64,000 nt of DNA from an uncultured Nitrososphaeraceae archaeon (GTDB lineage Archaea > Thermoproteota > Nitrososphaeria > Nitrososphaerales > Nitrososphaeraceae): positions 320,001 through 384,000 of the forward strand of contig CAVSMN010000012.1 in the NCBI GenBank assembly GCA_963729045.1. Reading direction: 5' to 3'. The position numbers and the translations under genes are program-made. The notes beneath the pieces were generated by a model, which saw only the letters and a program-made list of their open reading frames with translations, was not told the origin of the DNA and made no database searches. This document shows positions 61,907-64,000 of the stretch, one piece after another. The first letter of the stretch is position 1. Every line of letters begins with the position of its first letter.

Positions 61907-62749
61907 CTAGCTCTCGACTAATTCTCTTATTTTTTGGCCCATCTCTTTAGATTTCTCCATTAAAGTTGTCCCAATCAAAAATGCATCTGCTCCTGCACTC
62001 TTTAGCTTTATGATATCCTTTGGGCCCTTTATACCACTTTCTGAAATCACAATATTGTTACTTTTGGAATTTTCGGATAATATCCGAACTGTCGTGTCCA
62101 AATCTACTTCTAGTGTACTCAAGTTCCTGTTATTGATACCAATTAGGTTAAAGGGTTTTTTTGATTTACTATTACTCTTTACAGCCTCACTAAACTCAAT
62201 TTCATCATGAGTCTCTAAGATCACTTCCAGACCGATTTTCTTTGCATACTCGGCCAATGTCTCTAGGCTTCCCTCAGTCAAGTTGCTGTCAAAGACTGTT
62301 TTTATTAGCAATATGGAATCGGCCCCGGCTTTTTTTGCAGCTTTGATTTGAACGTCACTTACCACTATGTCTTTCATCAGAATTGGTACAGTAACATGCT
62401 TCCTTGCTCTCAAAATATTGCCTATTGATCCATTAAACAAGTATGGTTGAGCTAAAATCGATATACCGATAGCTCCAGCATTTTCCATTGTCGTAGCGAT
62501 TTCCTCGACATTCATATCATTATAGTCTACTAATGTTCCCTTTGACGGGGATGCATACTTTATCTCGGTTAGGAGTGGATTCTGCTTGCATTTAAGAATG
62601 TTATTCTGCATGCTCAAACAAGTATGATTGCTATATTCGCGGTCTCCATTAATTTCGTACATTCCATCGTCAATAGCTTTAAAAGAATTCTTCACGAGTG
62701 TTTTTAGCATGGATTTCGTGCTGGGAAATCTAAGATTATTTGTTGTCAT
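61907..62749 (-). CDS. trpC: Indole-3-glycerol phosphate synthase
   Basis: EIKYASPSKG, LMKD, GINNRNL, SESGI. Confidence 0.95.
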   Translation of the reverse strand: MTTNNLRFPSTKSMLKTLVKNSFKAIDDGMYEINGDREYSNHTCLSMQNNILKCKQNPLLTEIKYASPSKGTLVDYNDMNVEEIATTMENAGAIGISILAQPYLFNGSIGNILRARKHVTVPILMKDIVVSDVQIKAAKKAGADSILLIKTVFDSNLTEGSLETLAEYAKKIGLEVILETHDEIEFSEAVKSNSKSKKPFNLIGINNRNLSTLEVDLDTTVRILSENSKSNNIVISESGIKGPKDIIKLKSAGADAFLIGTTLMEKSKEMGQKIRELVES

Positions 62750-62792
62750 ATTGGTGGGTTAAATTAATGTGGTAGAAATGGTTTACAACCTT

Positions 62793-63203
62793 TTAACTAT
62801 AGAAATTGATATATCTATCTTTTATTTTAGTCTCTTTCTGATTCTTCATCACACCAATCAAAATATCAATGCAGGTATTTTCAGTAATTTCACCAAATGC
62901 AACTTGAGTGGAGAGGGTTTTCAAATCAAGGTGACTTTCGATAAATGCACTCTTACTTGATAATATTTCAGATTTTTGTATCATTTTTTTCAATCTCAAA
63001 CTGTGATAGTTTATGTGAATTTCGTTTGCTTCTTCATAGTCTACACCATACATATCTGAAATTTTTAAGTTGAGGTTTTTTTCCTTCTCTTTGACTATAT
63101 CCTCATGTAAAGCATCTAAGGCACTCTTCCCTTTAAATGGGCTCCCTATTATCAATATCATTTTTGTCATTATCTTTGCCAAAGACATTGTCATTATTTT
63201 CAA
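62793..63203 (-). CDS. Hypothetical protein
   Basis: ORF upstream of trpC; N-terminus uncertain. Confidence 0.45.
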   Translation of the reverse strand: MKIMTMSLAKIMTKMILIIGSPFKGKSALDALHEDIVKEKEKNLNLKISDMYGVDYEEANEIHINYHSLRLKKMIQKSEILSSKSAFIESHLDLKTLSTQVAFGEITENTCIDILIGVMKNQKETKIKDRYINFYS

Positions 63204-63340
63204 AAGAATTCATGATGATATACTTATTATATGTGGGATACCATAATAAAACTTTTCATCTTAGTAACATTAATTTTCGCTAAAATAATAATAAACACTT
63301 AATTAACATTGATTCAATCTACATTTTCTATAAAGCAATT

Positions 63341-64000
63341 ATGACCAATTCTCCAAAATTTATATTTGTAACTGGGGGAGTAATGTCTGGCTTAGGGAAA
63401 GGAATCGTAGCTTCATCTATCGCCAAATTATTACAACTTTGTGGGTTGAAAGTAACTTGCATAAAAATAGATCCTTATTTGAATTATGATGCAGGAACAA
63501 TGAATCCCCTCACTCACGGTGAGGTGTTTGTTACTGATGATGGGGGTGAATGTGACATGGACATTGGAAACTACGAGCGTTTTCTAAATACTAGTTTAAA
63601 ATCAGGCCACAATTTGACTGCGGGGCGAATTTTTTCAAATGTGATAGGATTAGAAAGGCAAGGAAAATACCTTGGCCAGTGTGTACAAATAATACCACAC
63701 ATAACGGATGAAATAAAAAAACAGTTGAGAAAGATATCCACAGAAGAGAATCTAGAAATTATTGGTCGTAGAATGTGGGGGAACGGTTGGAGATATTGAA
63801 AGCTTACCTTTTTTGGAAGCATTAAGACAGATGGAGTTGGAAGACGGGTATACAAATACTTTCTTTGTTCACGTAACTTTGGCCCCTGTTCTGGACGCTG
63901 TAGGAGAGCAAAAAACAAAGCCTACCCAACATAGCGTGCAGGAATTGCGCAGGATAGGCATACAACCTGACTTATTGGCAGTGAGATGTAGAACTCCATT
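63341..64000 (+). CDS. pyrG: CTP synthase (partial; frameshift near 63765)
   Basis: [37 protein letters not shown]. Confidence 0.97.

Overview
AT-rich archaeal chromosome segment. The 16S/23S sequences and gene content point to a soil ammonia-oxidising archaeon (Nitrososphaerales, most likely Nitrosocosmicus-like; this is inferred, not searched). Single-base frameshifts occur even in essential genes (polB, thrS, pyrG), so most are probably uncorrected long-read errors. Layout: (i) 3-9.7 kb, a sulfonate/nitrate-type ABC locus (two SsuA-like binding proteins sharing a 195-bp identical tract, a permease and an ATPase) wrapped around a ComA-like TIM barrel with degenerate active-site motifs fused to a winged HTH, with a shared GC-N7-GC palindrome in several promoters. 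This is the best candidate for an undescribed system: a pseudoenzyme-based sulfur regulator. (ii) 10-33 kb, accessory genes (LpxD-like, Cys/Met-rich copper-storage protein, beta-carbonic anhydrase, UvsE, SQR-like, K+ channels) and several pseudogenes. (iii) 33.8-41.6 kb, a decayed integration hotspot at an intron-containing tRNA-Arg(UCU): a virus-like thyX gene cluster, a truncated integrase, a 23-bp att duplication, and an integrase-less segment carrying HEPN, DUF1622 and patatin genes. (iv) phaE-phaC with an AbrB-type PhaR-like gene and an alpha/beta hydrolase. (v) A 16S-23S rRNA operon on the minus strand. (vi) Core genes polB, speB, thrS, trpA/B/C and pyrG.
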